Shown piece by piece: positions 1 through 14,230 of a stretch of 64,000 nucleotides of DNA. The stretch is from NCBI GenBank assembly GCA_964016885.1, contig OZ024750.1, forward strand, positions 41,912,001 to 41,976,000. Reading direction: 5' to 3'. Position 1 is the first letter of the stretch. The number at the start of each line of letters is the position of its first letter. The position numbers and the translations under genes are program-made. This stretch comes from Eledone cirrhosa (taxonomy: Eukaryota). The notes under the pieces were generated by a model. The model was not told the origin of the DNA. It did no database searches and saw only the letters and a program-made list of their open reading frames with translations.

Positions 1-130
1 TGGGCATCATTGGTGGTGTGGAGAGGGCGAGAATGGTATGCATTGGTGACTGCTGAACTTCCACAAAAAACCCTTGCCCTGACATATGATGAAGTACAAT
101 AATGTTGTTGTGTGGCTTCTGCGTTACTTA

Positions 131-2163
131 TGATAGGACAGACCTATGACAGGGCAGACCTGTGATAAGGCAGAGCTGTGATAGGGCAGACCTAGGACAG
201 GGTAGACCTGTGACAGGGCAGACCTGTAATAGGGCAGACCTGTGATAGGACAGACCTAGGACAGGGCAGACCTGTGATAGGGCAGACCTGTGATAGGGCA
301 AACCTAGGACAGGGCAGACCTGTGATAGGGAAGACCTGTGATAGGGCAGACCTAGGACAGGGCAGACCTAGGACAGGGCAGACCTGTGATAGGACAGACC
401 TAGGACAGGGCAGACCTGTGATAGGGAAGACCTGTGATAGGGCAGACCTAGGACAGGGCAGACCTGTGATAGGACAGACCTAGGACAGGGCAGACCTGTG
501 ATAGGGAAGACCTGTGATAGGGCAGACCTAGGACAGGGCAGACCTAGGACAGGGCAGACCTGTGATAGGACAGACCTAGGACAAGGCAGACCTGTGATAG
601 GACAGACCTATGACAGGGCAGACCTAGGACAGGGCAGACCTGTGATAGGACAGACCTATGACAGGGCAGACCTGTGATAGGACAGACCTATGACAGGGCA
701 GACCTAGGACAGGGCAGACCTGTGACAGGGCAGACCTGTAATAGGGCAGACCTGTGATAGGACAGACCTAGGACAGGGCAGACCTGTGATAGGGCAGACC
801 TGTGATAGGGCAAACCTAGGACAGGGCAGACCTGTGATAGGGAAGACCTGTGATAGGGCAGACCTAGGACAGGGCAGACCTAGGACAGGGCAGACCTGTG
901 ATAGGACAGACCTAGGACAGGGCAGACCTGTGATAGGGAAGACCTGTGATAGGGCAGACCTAGGACAGGGCAGACCTGTGATAGGACAGACCTAGGACAG
1001 GGCAGACCTGTGATAGGGAAGACCTGTGATAGGGCAGACCTAGGACAGGGCAGACCTAGGACAGGGCAGACCTGTGATAGGACAGACCTAGGACAAGGCA
1101 GACCTGTGATAGGACAGACCTATGACAGGGCAGACCTAGGACAGGGCAGACCTGTGATAGGACAGACCTATGACAGGGCAGACCTGTGATAGGACAGACC
1201 TATGACAGGGCAGACCTAGGACAGGGCAGACCTAGGACAGTGCAGACCTGTGATAGGACAGACCTAGGACAGGGCAGACCTGTGATAGGACAGACCTAGG
1301 ACAGGGCAGACCTGTGATAGGACAGACCTAGGACAGGGCAGACCTATGACAGGGCAGACCTAGGACAGGGCAGACCTAGGACAGGGCAGACCTGTGATAG
1401 GACAGACCTAGGACAGGGCAGATCTATGACAGAGCAGACCTAGGACAAGGCAGAGCTAGGACAGGGCAAACCTGTGATAGGACAGAGCTAGGACAGGACA
1501 GACCAGTGATAGGACAGTCCTAGGACAGGGCAGACCTATGACAGAGCAACCTGTGATAGGACAGACCTAGGACAGGGCAGACCTGTGATAGGACAGACCT
1601 ACACAGGGCAGACCTAGGACAGGGCAGACCTGTGATAGGACAGACCTAGGACAGGGCAGACCTGTGATAGGACAGACCTAGGACAGGGCAGACCTATGAC
1701 AGGGCAGACCTAGGACAGGGCAGACCTGTGATAGGACAGACCTAGGACAGGGCAGACGTATGACAGAGCAGACCTAGGACAGGGCAGACCTGTGATAGGA
1801 CAGACCTAGGACAGGGCAGACCTGTGATAGGACAGACCTAGGACAGGGCAGACCTAGGACAGGGCAGAGCTAGGACAGGGCAGACCTATGACAGAGCAGA
1901 CCTAGGACAGGGCAGACCTGTGATAGGACAGACCTAGGACAGGGCAGACCTAGGACAGGGCAGGCAGACCTGTGATAGGACAGACCTATGACAGAGCAGA
2001 CCAGTGATAGGGCAGACCTAGGACAAGGCAGACCTAGGACTGGGCAGACCTAGGACAGGGCAGACCTGTGATAGGACAGACCTATGACAGGGCAGCCCTA
2101 GGACTGGGCAGACCTAGGACAGGGCAAACCTGTGATAGGACAGACCTATGACAGGGTAGACCC
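131..2163. repeat. 16-bp minisatellite (TAGGACAGGGCAGACC / TGTGATAGGGCAGACC variants) with a 512-bp higher-order duplication
   Basis: Tandem 16-mers read directly; identical ORFs at 274 and 786 are 512 bp (32 units) apart. Confidence 0.95.
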
Positions 2164-2203
2164 ATAATCAAAGGGGTTACTAACTGTCATCCTCCCATCT
2201 TAA

Positions 2204-2436
2204 TCCTTTAGCATGCCGTATCTGGCCGTATCTAGCCGTATCTGGCCAGAGTCCTCTCACCTCTTTCTGTTCAAACCAGCTGTAACTGGCCTCTCATACT
2301 TATGTTAAGGTATTGTTATCAAAATAAATAACATCAAAATCTCATAGATTCGATATTATGTGAGATAATTATGTGAGATAAAGCCTTTACCATGAAAATA
2401 TAATAGTAAATATAAAGTAATGTAAATGTTAAAGGG
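2204..2436. mobile_element. piggyBac-like MITE
   Basis: TTAA|TCCTTTAGCAT ... ATGTTAAAGGG|TTAA (TTAA TSD, CCCTTT-type TIRs); internal CTCTCACCTCTTTCTGTTCAAACC is shared in reverse with the copy at 52680-52892. Confidence 0.7.
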
Positions 2437-2792
2437 TTAAACAATGATTCTGAATGTGGGATACATGTCCTCTTGGGGAAAATTTGAATATTTTAAGGAG
2501 CAATTTTTGTAAATCTTATATTATATCCTAACAAAAAACGTGTGTTTGTACTGAAGAAGGAATTAACTGTTTTTTTTTGTTTGTTTTTTTCATAATGGCA
2601 GATTGTGCCAAATAAATGTAAAGAACTGCTTATTTAAGGCAATCTTTTCTTGAAGAAAGATAGTAAAGTGTGTCATTTGAGGGAAATTAGGCTACTATTT
2701 CTAGCTTTTCCTTCATTAGCACAATGGCATTACACACACAAGGCAGCATGTATAACCCATGCAAGCATTAAAAAAAAGATTGACGTTAAACA

Positions 2793-4717
2793 GTGATGAT
2801 GATGATCATGATGGTGGTGGTGGTGGTGTTGGTAGTTGGTGGTGGAGATGATAGTGGTGGTGGTGTTGATGTTGGTGGTTGGTGGTAGTGATGGTGGTGG
2901 AGGTGGTGGTGGTGGTGGTGGTGATGGTGGTGGTGGTTGGTGGTGATGGTGGTGGTGGTTGGTGGTGGTGGTGGTGGTGGTGGTGGTGGTGGTGGTGGTG
3001 GTGGTGGTGGTGGTGGTGGTGTTGGTGTTGGTGGTTGGTGGTGGTGGTGGAGATGATGGTGGTGGTGGTGTTGGTGGTGGTGGTGGTGATGGTGGAGATG
3101 ATGGTGGTGGTGGTGTTGGTGGTGGTGGTGGTGGTGGTGGTGATGGTGGTGATGGTGGTGGTGATGGTGGTGGTGGTGGTGGTGATGGTGGTGGTGTTGG
3201 TGGTGAAGATGATGGTGGTGGTGGTGTTGGTGGTGGTGGTGGTGATGGTGGAGATGATGGTAGTGGTGGTGTTGGTGGTGGTGGTGGTGGTGGTGGTGGT
3301 GGTGGTGGTGGTGGTGGTGGTGGTAGTGGTGGTGATGTTGGTGGTGGTGGTGGAGATGGTGGCGGTGGTGGTGATGGTGGTGGTAGTGATGGTGGTGGTG
3401 GTATTGGTGGTGGTGGTGGTGTTGGTGGTTGGTGGTGGTGATGGTGGTGGTGGTGATGGTAGTGGTGATGGTGGTGGTGGTGATGGTGGTGGTGATGGTG
3501 GTGGTGGTGATGGTGGTGGTGGTGGTGATGGTGGTGGTGGTGATGGTGGTGGTGGTGTTGGTGTTGGTGGTTGGTGGTGGTGATGGTGGTGGTGGTGTTG
3601 TTGGTGGTGGTGGTGGTGGTGTTGGTGGTGGTGGTGGTGTTGGTGGTGGTGGTGGTGGTAGTGGTGGAGATGATGGTGGTGGTGGTGGTGTTGGTGGTGG
3701 TGGTGGTGGTAGTGGTGGAGATGATGGTGGTGATGTTATTGTTGTTGTTGGTGGTGGTGGTGGTAGAGATGATGGTGGTGGTGGTGTTGGTGGCGGTGGT
3801 GGAGATGATGGTGGTGTTGGTGGTGGTGGTGGAGATGATGTTGTTGGTGGTGGTAGAGATGATGGTGGTGATGTTATTGTTGTTGGTGGTGGTGGTGGAG
3901 ATGATGGTGTTGGTGGTGGAGATGATGATGGTGTTGGTGGTGTTGGTGGTGGTGGTGATGGTGATGGTGGTGGTGGTGGTGGTGGTGGAGATGATGGTGG
4001 TGTTGGTGGTGGTGGTGATGGTGATGGTGGTGGTGGTGGTGGAGATGATGGTGTTGTTGTTGGTGGTGGTGGTGATGATGGCGGTGGTGGTGATTTTGAT
4101 GGTGGTGGTGGTGTTGGTGGGGGTGGTGATGGTGATGATGATGATGATGATGGTGGTGGAGATGGTGGTGGTGGTGGTGGTGGTGGTGGTAGTGGTGGTG
4201 TTGGTGTTGTTGTCGCTAGTGGTGGTGGTAGTGGTGGTGTTGGTGTTGTTGTTGCTGGTGGTGGTGGTGAAGATGATGATGGTGGTGGAGATGATGGTGG
4301 TGGTGGTGGTGGTAGTGGTGGTGTGTTTTGTTGGTGTTGGTGGAGGTGGCGGTGGAGATGATGTTGATGATATGATGGTGGTGGTGGTAGTGAAGATGAT
4401 GAGATGGTGGTGGTGGTAGAGGTGAAGATGATGGTGATGAAAGTGTTGGTGAAAATGATGATGGCAATGATGATGATGATGATGAAGGTATTGGTGGTAG
4501 TGGTGATGATGGTGATGGTGATGATGATGATGTTAATGATGATGGTGATGGTGATGGTGGTGATGATGAAGGTGTTGGTGGTAGTGGTGATGATGATGAT
4601 GATGATGATGATGGTGATGGTGATGGTGGTGATGATGATGGTGTTGGCGGTAGTGGTGATGATGGTGATGGTGAAGGTGATGGTGAAGGTGATGATGATG
4701 ATGATGGTGATGGTGAT
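2793..4717. repeat. (GGT/GAT)n trinucleotide microsatellite extending from an RTE-type 3' tail
   Basis: About 1.9 kb of GGT/GAT, directly preceded by AACCCATGCAAGCA...GACGTTAAAC, which matches the RTE tail at 59765-59800. Confidence 0.95.
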
Positions 4718-5288
4718 AACACAGCTACTCTGTGTCATGTCCACTTAGCCATCCACAGCTCCCATATGCTGCTAGGAGATATATGAAAGAATTAGATTTC
4801 TTCTGTTAAAAAGACAAACTACCTGAACCACTTTTTCACCTTTCCCATCTCTTCCTTTCAACTAAACAACTCTGATCCAACATTAAACTACTCTAATCAC
4901 CATAAATCATCGGAATTCTTCACTGGAACTCAACTAATCTAAAATAATATTAAATGTTAAGGTTAGCTTGTAGTTAATCTAAAATGGAATGGCTCTTTTT
5001 ACTATTAACTGTGGATTGGAGAAAATTTTAACATAGCTTTAGAGGAACATTTTGACATAATACCATAATTATTTACCCTATATAGCAGTTAAGGTAATAT
5101 ATATATATTTATAACCCTTTGGTCTGGTTATATTTTCTACGATGCAGGGGTACTAACAATTTTATGTCAGACATAACTTCAGTGAGACTTTCAAACGAGA
5201 CTCCAACTGAACTCCTGACAGTGAGACACGCTGCTTATTTATAATAGTCTGCCAAGTTCATTTCTTTAATCCCAAAGAGGTGTTCACC

Positions 5289-5350
<62 letters not shown>

Positions 5351-5357
<7 letters not shown>

Positions 5358-5389
5358 AAAAAGAGATGAAATCGAAAATGCAACTGGAG

Positions 5390-5424
<35 letters not shown>

Positions 5425-5595
5425 ATATATATTTATTTGGTTCCTTTACCGGTTTCGCAGTTCTTCTGCTTTTCAAAAGGTGAGTTGAAAAGCAGAAGAA
5501 CTGCGAAACCGGTAAAGGAACCAAATAAATATATATATTTAAAAAAAAAAAAAAAATAAAAGTTGCATTTTCGATTTCATCTCTTTTTCTTTATA
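5351..5595. repeat. Near-perfect fold-back palindrome (~120-bp arms, 8-nt loop) containing a hammerhead-like motif; probable Penelope-like element remnant
   Basis: Arms are reverse complements around the loop AAGGTGAG (5477-5484); minus strand reads CCTT TTGAAAA GCAG-aagaa-CTGC GAAA CCGG TA AAGG. Confidence 0.8.
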
Positions 5596-5650
5596 CTTTC
5601 ACTCGTGTAGGACACCTCGGTTATTTTTCATTTTGTAAAAAAAACCTCAC

Positions 5651-5688
<38 letters not shown>

Positions 5689-6132
5689 CAGGATGGAATT
5701 AGGTTGAAACTGGTTAGACCATTCCTCAATGGAGTACTCAATACTTGGGGTAGTAGAATATGGTTATATTATAAAGAGTCAGGACCCCGACAGCTGAACT
5801 CTTGCCGTTTCAACAGCTATTTCCAGACTCAACTCTTTATATATATGTATATACGAAGATATGTAAGGTTAGAACTTGTTTGTGTGAATCAATGAGCAAA
5901 CAAAACAAACGAAGTAAACAAGGAAGATTGCTTACCAAAGTATTTTTCTCGACATGGTCATTGCAGGAGGTACGGTAACAGGAGGTACGGTAACAGTCCA
6001 GTTTGAGAGTTCCATGTACAATATCTAAGTGGAATATCACAGAGTAATTAGAAATTTAAAGGTATAGTACTAGGAAAAACAAACGACTAGGCAAGAAGTA
6101 AAGGTTAGAGGAGAAAGATTTATTTAGAGTGT

Positions 6133-6236
6133 TCTTTAACATATGTTTCAGTACATCATTAGTCTACAAGTGCTGATTGCATATTATTATGCTCAATTGC
6201 AAGCATTACATAAAATACTGCACTTCATCAGAAAGA
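6133..6236 (-). ncRNA. Type I hammerhead ribozyme with a long stem II insert
   Basis: Minus strand: TCTTT CTGATGA AGTGCA...TGTACT GAAA CATATG TT AAAGA; palindromic stem III. Confidence 0.75.
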
Positions 6237-6291
6237 GTTCATAGTTCGGGGTGAGGTCGCTGCAGTAAGGATTTCAGGCAACTAACTTTAA

Positions 6292-6332
<41 letters not shown>

Positions 6333-6335
6333 GGT

Positions 6336-6758
<423 letters not shown>

Positions 6759-6831
6759 ATATATATATATATACACACATATATATATATATATATGTAT
6801 GTATATATATATATATACACACATGTATATA

Positions 6832-7054
6832 GTGAAGGCATGTGGCTGAGTGGTTAGAGTATTGGATTCACAATCGTGAGGTTGTGAGTTCGATTCCTGA
6901 ACCAGGCGATGCGTTATGTCCTTGAGCAAGACACTTTATTTCACGTTGCTCCTTCTACCTGGAGTTGCGACCGATAGATAGTATTAGCAATTGGAAAGAC
7001 CAACGGAAACATAGTTTCCTCGGTCCGATTTGACGAAAGTCGATCGACTAGAAT
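6832..7054 (+). mobile_element. tRNA-derived SINE, family A (CORE-like domain)
   Basis: A box TGGCTGAGTGG, B box GAGTTCGATTCC, CORE-like TGTCCTTGAGCAAGACACTT; nearly identical to 47935-48157; sits in (TA)n. Confidence 0.9.
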
Positions 7055-7075
7055 ATATATATATATGTATGTATG

Positions 7076-7214
<139 letters not shown>

Positions 7215-7287
7215 ATATATATTTACAGGATTATCAGGCATCAGTCATATACAAAAGCCTGTCCACACTCCACTGTTAATATGATTC

Positions 7288-7810
7288 CATGTTAAGGTTA
7301 GCATTGGCCACTTGTTAAGGTTAGCATTTGGCCACATGTTAAGGTTAGCATTGGCCACATGTTACGGTTAACATTGACCACATGTTAAGGTTATCATTGA
7401 CCACATGTTAAGGTTAACGTTGACCACATGTTAAGGTTAGTATTGGCCACATGTTACGGTTAACATTGGCCACATGTTAAGGTTAGTATTTGGCCACATG
7501 TTAAGGTTAGTAGTTGGTCACATGTTAAGGTTAGTAGTTGGTCACATGTTAAAGTTAACATTGACCACATGTTACGGTTAACATTGATCACATGTTAAGG
7601 TTAGTATTTGGCCACATGTTAAAGTTAACATTGACCACATGTTAAGGTTAACATTGACCACATGTTAAGATTAGCATTTGGCCACATGTTAAAGTTAACA
7701 TTGACCACATGTTAAGGTTAACATTTGGCCACATGTTAAAGTTAACATTGACCACATGTTAGGGTTAGCATTTGGCCACATGTTAAGGTTAGCATTGACC
7801 ACATGTTAAG
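7288..7810. repeat. 23-24-bp minisatellite (ACATGTTAAGGTTAGCATTGGCC)
   Basis: About 22 tandem units. Confidence 0.93.
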
Positions 7811-8348
7811 CAATTGATGACTGAAGACCATACCAACTGCCAAAGACCTTTGAGTTCTGTATCTTTTGTTTGTCTTTTTATTTTCCAAAACATTTCTAAG
7901 GTTTCTCCTTCAGAAATTTTTCTCGTGTTGCCCGGTTTTCAATCATTGTCTTCTCTTTATTAATTTTCCTAATTTTGTTATCACTAATCTGTGACTACAG
8001 ACTTCTTCCTCCTCCTCCCCCCAAATAATTTCAATGGAATATATTTTTTACACAATATCTTACTTTCTTCTTTTTGCCTTTTTTTCCTTTCTTTTTTCTT
8101 TCTTTACCTCCTTTTCTTCACGAGACTATCGTTGCTATAAAAAGCACAACACCTTCTCCCAGTCATCACATAAAACTCTATGTGTACCTATTATGTCTTG
8201 TCATTTACTCCACAGACTGCACCTTGGCTTATGTCAGACACTGTGACCCAGGGTAGAACAGCAGTACCGTCAGTAGCGATGGAAACTACAAGAAGTCCAT
8301 CTCGGTGGCAGAAGACCTTGGAGTTCTGTGTCTTTTTTCTTATACAAG

Positions 8349-8438
8349 TATATATACATATATACATATATGTATGATATACTACATACATATACACACA
8401 TATATATATATACACACACACATATGTATGATATACTA

Positions 8439-8510
<72 letters not shown>

Positions 8511-8546
8511 TCTATACACACACACACATGCATATATATGATATAC

Positions 8547-8582
<36 letters not shown>

Positions 8583-8672
8583 CATGTATACATATATATA
8601 TGTATATATATGTGTGTGTATGTATATATATATATATGTGTATGTATATTTATATATATGTATATATATATA

Positions 8673-8744
<72 letters not shown>

Positions 8745-11460
8745 CATGTATATACATGTATATATATATATATGTGTATGTATATATATGTGTATGTGCA
8801 TGTATATATATATATGTGCATGTATATATATATATGTGTATGTGCATGTATATATATATATATGTGCATATATATATGTGTGTATGTGCATGTACATACA
8901 TATATATATATATATGTATATACATGCACATACACACACATGTATTATATACTATATATATATATAAATATGTGTGTATGTGTGTGTATTCACACATACA
9001 CACATATTTATATATATAAGCACACATCTATCACATCAACACACATATATATGCACACACAATCCACCGCCTTATAGACAAATACCTTGTGTGGTCTAGA
9101 TTTAGACAAGAAATGTTTGTTCTTTACTGCTGACAACCAGTTTATTCTATTACAAGGAAAGGACTTTTACACTAAGTACTCAAACATATAGCCGTAAACA
9201 CTCACACACACATATACACATACATACACAGACATACACACACACAGACACACTTACACACATACACATACACACATACACACATACACATACACACATA
9301 CACAGACACACATACACAGACACACATACACACATACACAGACACACATACATATAGCCGTAAACACTCACACACACAGACACACATACACATACACACA
9401 TACACAGACACACATACATATAGCCGTAAACACTCACACACACAGACACACATACACATACACACATACACAGACACACATACATATAGCCGTAAACACT
9501 CACACACACATACACAGACACACATACACATACACAGACACACATACGCACATACACAGACACACATACATATAGCCGTAAACACTCACACACACATACA
9601 CACATACACATATACACATACACACATACATATAGCCGTAAACACTCACACACACAGACACACATACACATACACATACACACATACACATACACACATA
9701 CATATAGCCGTAAACACTCACACACACATACACTGACACACATACACATACACCTACACACATACACAGATACACATACACACACACACATACACACATA
9801 TAGACATGTGCACACGCATACACACATATACATACACTCACATACATACACACATATACACACATGTGTATATACACACATACACACAGAAGCATGTGTG
9901 CAAACATACATACATACACATATACACACATACATACAAACACACATATATATGTGCACATACATAAAAACACATATATATGCACATACATACAAACACA
10001 TATATATGCACATACATACACACACATATATGCACATACATACACACATATGCACATACATAAAAACACACACACATATATGCACATACATACAAACACG
10101 TATATGCACATACATACAAACACACACACATACATATATGCACATACATACGCACACATATATGCACATACAGACGAACACATATATGCACATACATACA
10201 CACACATATATGCACATACATACACACATATATATGCACATACATACACACATATATATGCACATACATACACACACATATATGCACATACATACACACA
10301 CATATATGCACATACATACATACACATACACATATATGCACATACATACACATATATATTCACATGCATACACACACACACATATATGCACATACATACA
10401 CACATATATGCACATACAAACACAGACACATATGCACATACATACACACACATGCACATACAAACACAGACACATATATGCACATACATATTTACACACA
10501 TATATGCACATACATACTCACACATATATGCACATACATACACACACATATGCACATACAAACACAGACACATATATGCACATACATACAAACACATATG
10601 CACATACATACATATTTACACACATATATGCACATACATACATACACATACACTTATATGCACATACATACACACACATATATGCACATACATACATACA
10701 CACACATATATGCACATACATACACACATATATATGCACATACATACACACACATATATGCACATACTTACATATTTACACACATATATGCACATACATA
10801 CATACATACACATATATGCACATACATACACACACATATATGCACATACATACACACACATATATGCACATACTTACACACACATATCCACATACACACA
10901 CATATGCACATACAAACACAGACACATATATGCACATACATACATAAACACACATATGCACATACATACACACACATATATGCACATACATACACACACA
11001 CACATATGCACATACATACACACACATATATGCACATACATACACATACACATATATGCACATACATACACACATATATGCACATACATACACAGACACA
11101 TATATGCACATACATACACACACATATATGTACATGCATACACACACACATATATGCACATACATACACACACATATGCACATACAAACACAGACACATA
11201 TATGCACATACATACACACACATATATGCACATACATACATACACACACGTATATGCACATACATACACACACATATATGCACATACATACATACACACA
11301 CATATATGCACATACATACACACACATATATGCACATACATACATACACACATATATATGCACATACATACATACAAACACATATATGCACATACATACA
11401 CACATATATATGCACATACATATTTACACACATATATGCACATACATACACAGACACATA
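8349..11460. repeat. Compound (TA)/(CA)/(TG) microsatellite and low-complexity region
   Basis: Dinucleotide runs with recurring CATATATGCACATA and TATAGCCGTAAACACTC motifs. Confidence 0.92.
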
Positions 11461-11741
11461 GTTTGCAATCACACAAATTACATTTAATTTTGTTCAATAT
11501 CTACAAATAAATTTTGTTATAAACTATTTTGTGAGGGAGAGGCAGAAACTGACGACAGGGTGGGGAGGATACAGCAGGAGGATCTTCAGAGAAAGAACTC
11601 CTATCAAGGGTTTCAGCCCTTACTGCTAACATTGTAAAGGAATCAGGCCCACCTAGGTCATCACCATACAATGCAGCACTGGCTTGTTTGCCCTCTACTA
11701 CCCAACCAGTGCAGCTTAAAAGATCTCGCAGAGTTTAATAA

Positions 11742-12974
11742 GTGTATTACTGGTACTTTATTAATAATTGTTTCTACTTTAGGCACAAGGCCAGCAATTA
11801 TCCCAGTGTATTACTGGTACTTTATTAATAATTGTTTCTACTTTAGGCACAAGGCCAGCAATTATCCCAGTGTATTACTGGTACTTTATTAATAATTGTT
11901 TCTACTTTTGGCACAAGGCCAGCAATTATCCCAGTGTATTACTGGTACTTTATTAATAATTGTTTCTACTTTAGGCACAAGGCCAGCAATTATCCCAGTG
12001 TATTACTGGTACTTTATTAATAATTGTTTCTACTTTTGGCACAAGGCCAGCAATTACCCAGTGCATTACTGGTACTTTATTAATAATTGTTTCTACTTTA
12101 CGCACAAGGCCAGCAATTATCCCAGTGTATTACTGGTACTTTATTAATAATTGTTTCTACTTTAGGCACAAGGCCAGCAATTATCCCAGTGTATTACTGG
12201 TACTTTATTAATAATTGTTTCTACTTTTGGCACAAGGCCAGCAATTATTCCAGTGTATTACTGGTACTTTATTAATAATTGTTTCTACTTTAGGCACAAG
12301 GCCAGCAATTATCCCGGTGTATTACTGGTACTTTATTAATAATTGTTTCTACTTTTGGCACAAGGCCAGCAATTATCCCAGTGTATTACTGGTACTTTAT
12401 TAATAATTGTTTCTACTTTAGGCACAAGGCCAGCAATTATCCCAGTGCATTACTGGTACTTTATTAATAATTGTTTCTACTTTAGGCACAAGGCCAGCAA
12501 TTATCCCAGTGCATTACTGGTACTTTATTAATAATTGTTTCTACTTTAGGCACAAGGCCAGCAATTATCCCAATGCATTACTGGTACTTTATTAATAATT
12601 GTTTCTACTTTTGGCACAAGGCCAGCAATTATCCCAGTGTATTACTGGTACTTTATTAATAATTGTTTCTACTTTAGGCACAAGGCCAGCAATTATCCCA
12701 GTGTATTACTGGTACTTTAATAATAATTGTTTCTACTTTTGGCACAAGGCCAGCAATTACCCAGTGTATTACTGGTACTTTATTAATAATTGTTTCTACT
12801 TTTGGCACAAGGCCAGTAATTATTCCAGTGTATTACTGGTACTTTATTAATAATTGTTTCTACTTTAGGCACAAGGCCAGCAATTATCCCAGTGTATTAC
12901 TGGTACTTTATTAATAATTGTTTCTACTTTTGGCACAAGGCCAGCAATTACCCAGTGCATTACTGGTACTTTAT
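11742..12974. repeat. 64-bp tandem repeat derived from the 3' tail of SINE family C
   Basis: About 19 units of CAGTGTATTACTGGTACTTTATTAATAATTGTTTCTACTTTAGGCACAAGGCCAGCAATTATCC, continuous with the SINE body at 12975-13068. Confidence 0.93.
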
Positions 12975-13068
12975 TTTATCGACCCCCGTAAGGATGAAAG
13001 GCAAAGTTAACCTCGGTGGGATTTGAACTCAGATCGTAAAGGGACGTAACTATGCTGCCAATCCACCG
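12916..13068 (-). mobile_element. tRNA-derived SINE, family C (Meta/MESC-like domain), internally deleted
   Basis: Reverse complement has CGGTGGATTGGCAG...CTGAGTTCAAATCCC...GCCTTTCATCCTTACGGGGGTCGATAAAATAAAGTACCAGT. Confidence 0.85.
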
Positions 13069-13198
13069 TACTTTATTAATAATGCAAAGGACTGTGTAAA
13101 GAAATGGGAAACTGTCATATAACCACATGCTTCGAAGATACGAAAAGAAGAAGAAGAAGATCATAATTTCTATAAATAGAAACAGATTTACCAATGTA

Positions 13199-13330
13199 AG
13201 GCGGCAAATGCTTTGTGGTATTTGTTCTGGCTTTCTGCTCTCTGAGTTCAAATCCCAGTGAGGTCAACTTTGGCTTTCATCCTTTCGAGGTCGATAAAAC
13301 AAAGTATCAGTTTAGTACTGGGGTCGATTC
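13199..13330 (+). mobile_element. Diverged SINE family C copy
   Basis: CTGAGTTCAAATCCC...CTTTCATCCTTTCGAGGTCGATAAAAC. Confidence 0.75.
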
Positions 13331-13355
13331 TTCCTCTATATATGTTTCTCATTTC

Positions 13356-13428
<73 letters not shown>

Positions 13429-13585
13429 GTCCAGAATTAGCCGTCGAAACGGCTTGAGTTAAGCCGTCGGGGTCCTACTCGTTCCTATTACCCACTCTAC
13501 TACCCTAAGTATTGAGTACTTTGGTGCGTTATGGTCCACCTGGTTCCTTACCACATTTCCTCCATTATATATATATATATATAAC

Positions 13586-13911
13586 CACATGGCTTAGTGG
13601 TTAGAGCATTGGCCTTGCAATCGAAAGGTTGTGAGTTCAATTCTCAGACCGGGTGATGTGTTGTTTCCTTGAGCAAGACACTTTATTTCACATTGCTCCA
13701 GTTTACTCAGCTGTAGAAATGAGATGATAGGGACTGGGGTCCCTATCATTCCACTACAAAGTGGTCATGGAGGTGCCACGGCAAAAAAGCACGCATCACT
13801 CACTGTAAATGAGGTTGGTGTTAGGAAGGGCATCCAGCTGTAGAAATCAAGCCAGCATCAGTTCCCGTCCCACCCTTGCAAGCAGGGAAAAGCGGACGTA
13901 AAATGAAATGA

Positions 13912-13914
<3 letters not shown>
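13586..13914 (+). mobile_element. tRNA-derived SINE, family B (CORE-like plus RTE-derived tail), short-tail form
   Basis: TGGCTTAGTGG A box, GAGTTCAATTC B box, CCTTGAGCAAGACACTT, tail GGTTGGTGTTAGGAAGGGCATCCAGCTGTAGAAA...ATGATGAT. Confidence 0.9.
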
Positions 13915-13991
<77 letters not shown>

Positions 13992-14047
13992 AATCTACCT
14001 TGATTAAATCTTAACCATTTAACATCTCAGGGTATGTCATGTATCAT

Positions 14048-14100
14048 ATTTTGTCTGATGAGGACGTACTGTTGTACGTCCGAAATATGTATAATAAAAT
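14048..14100 (+). ncRNA. Minimal type I hammerhead ribozyme
   Basis: ATTTTGT CTGATGA GGACGTAC-tgtt-GTACGTCC GAAA TATGTA TA ATAAAAT. Confidence 0.85.
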
Positions 14101-14136
14101 GTAATTGATCAAAAGAACATCTATTTTATTAATACT

Positions 14137-14169
<33 letters not shown>

Positions 14170-14230
14170 TTATATATATATAGTACCAGTCTAGTACTGG
14201 GGTCGATTCTTCCTCTACATCTCCGGATGG

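Noticed and set aside
2786-4748. Pro/His/Thr/Gly/Val-rich ORFs up to 652 aa
   Set aside because: Translations of a (GGT/GAT)n microsatellite that is open in several frames on both strands
6832-6910. tRNA gene
   Set aside because: tRNA-like head continues into CORE-like SINE sequence and is multicopy
8328-11510. YI/HT/CV-repeat ORFs here and throughout the window
   Set aside because: Dinucleotide microsatellites lack stop codons
11559-11738. Possible terminal coding exon (GGEDTAGG...KRSRRV*)
   Set aside because: Only ~59 codons, purine-rich weak acceptor, no recognisable domain or partner exons
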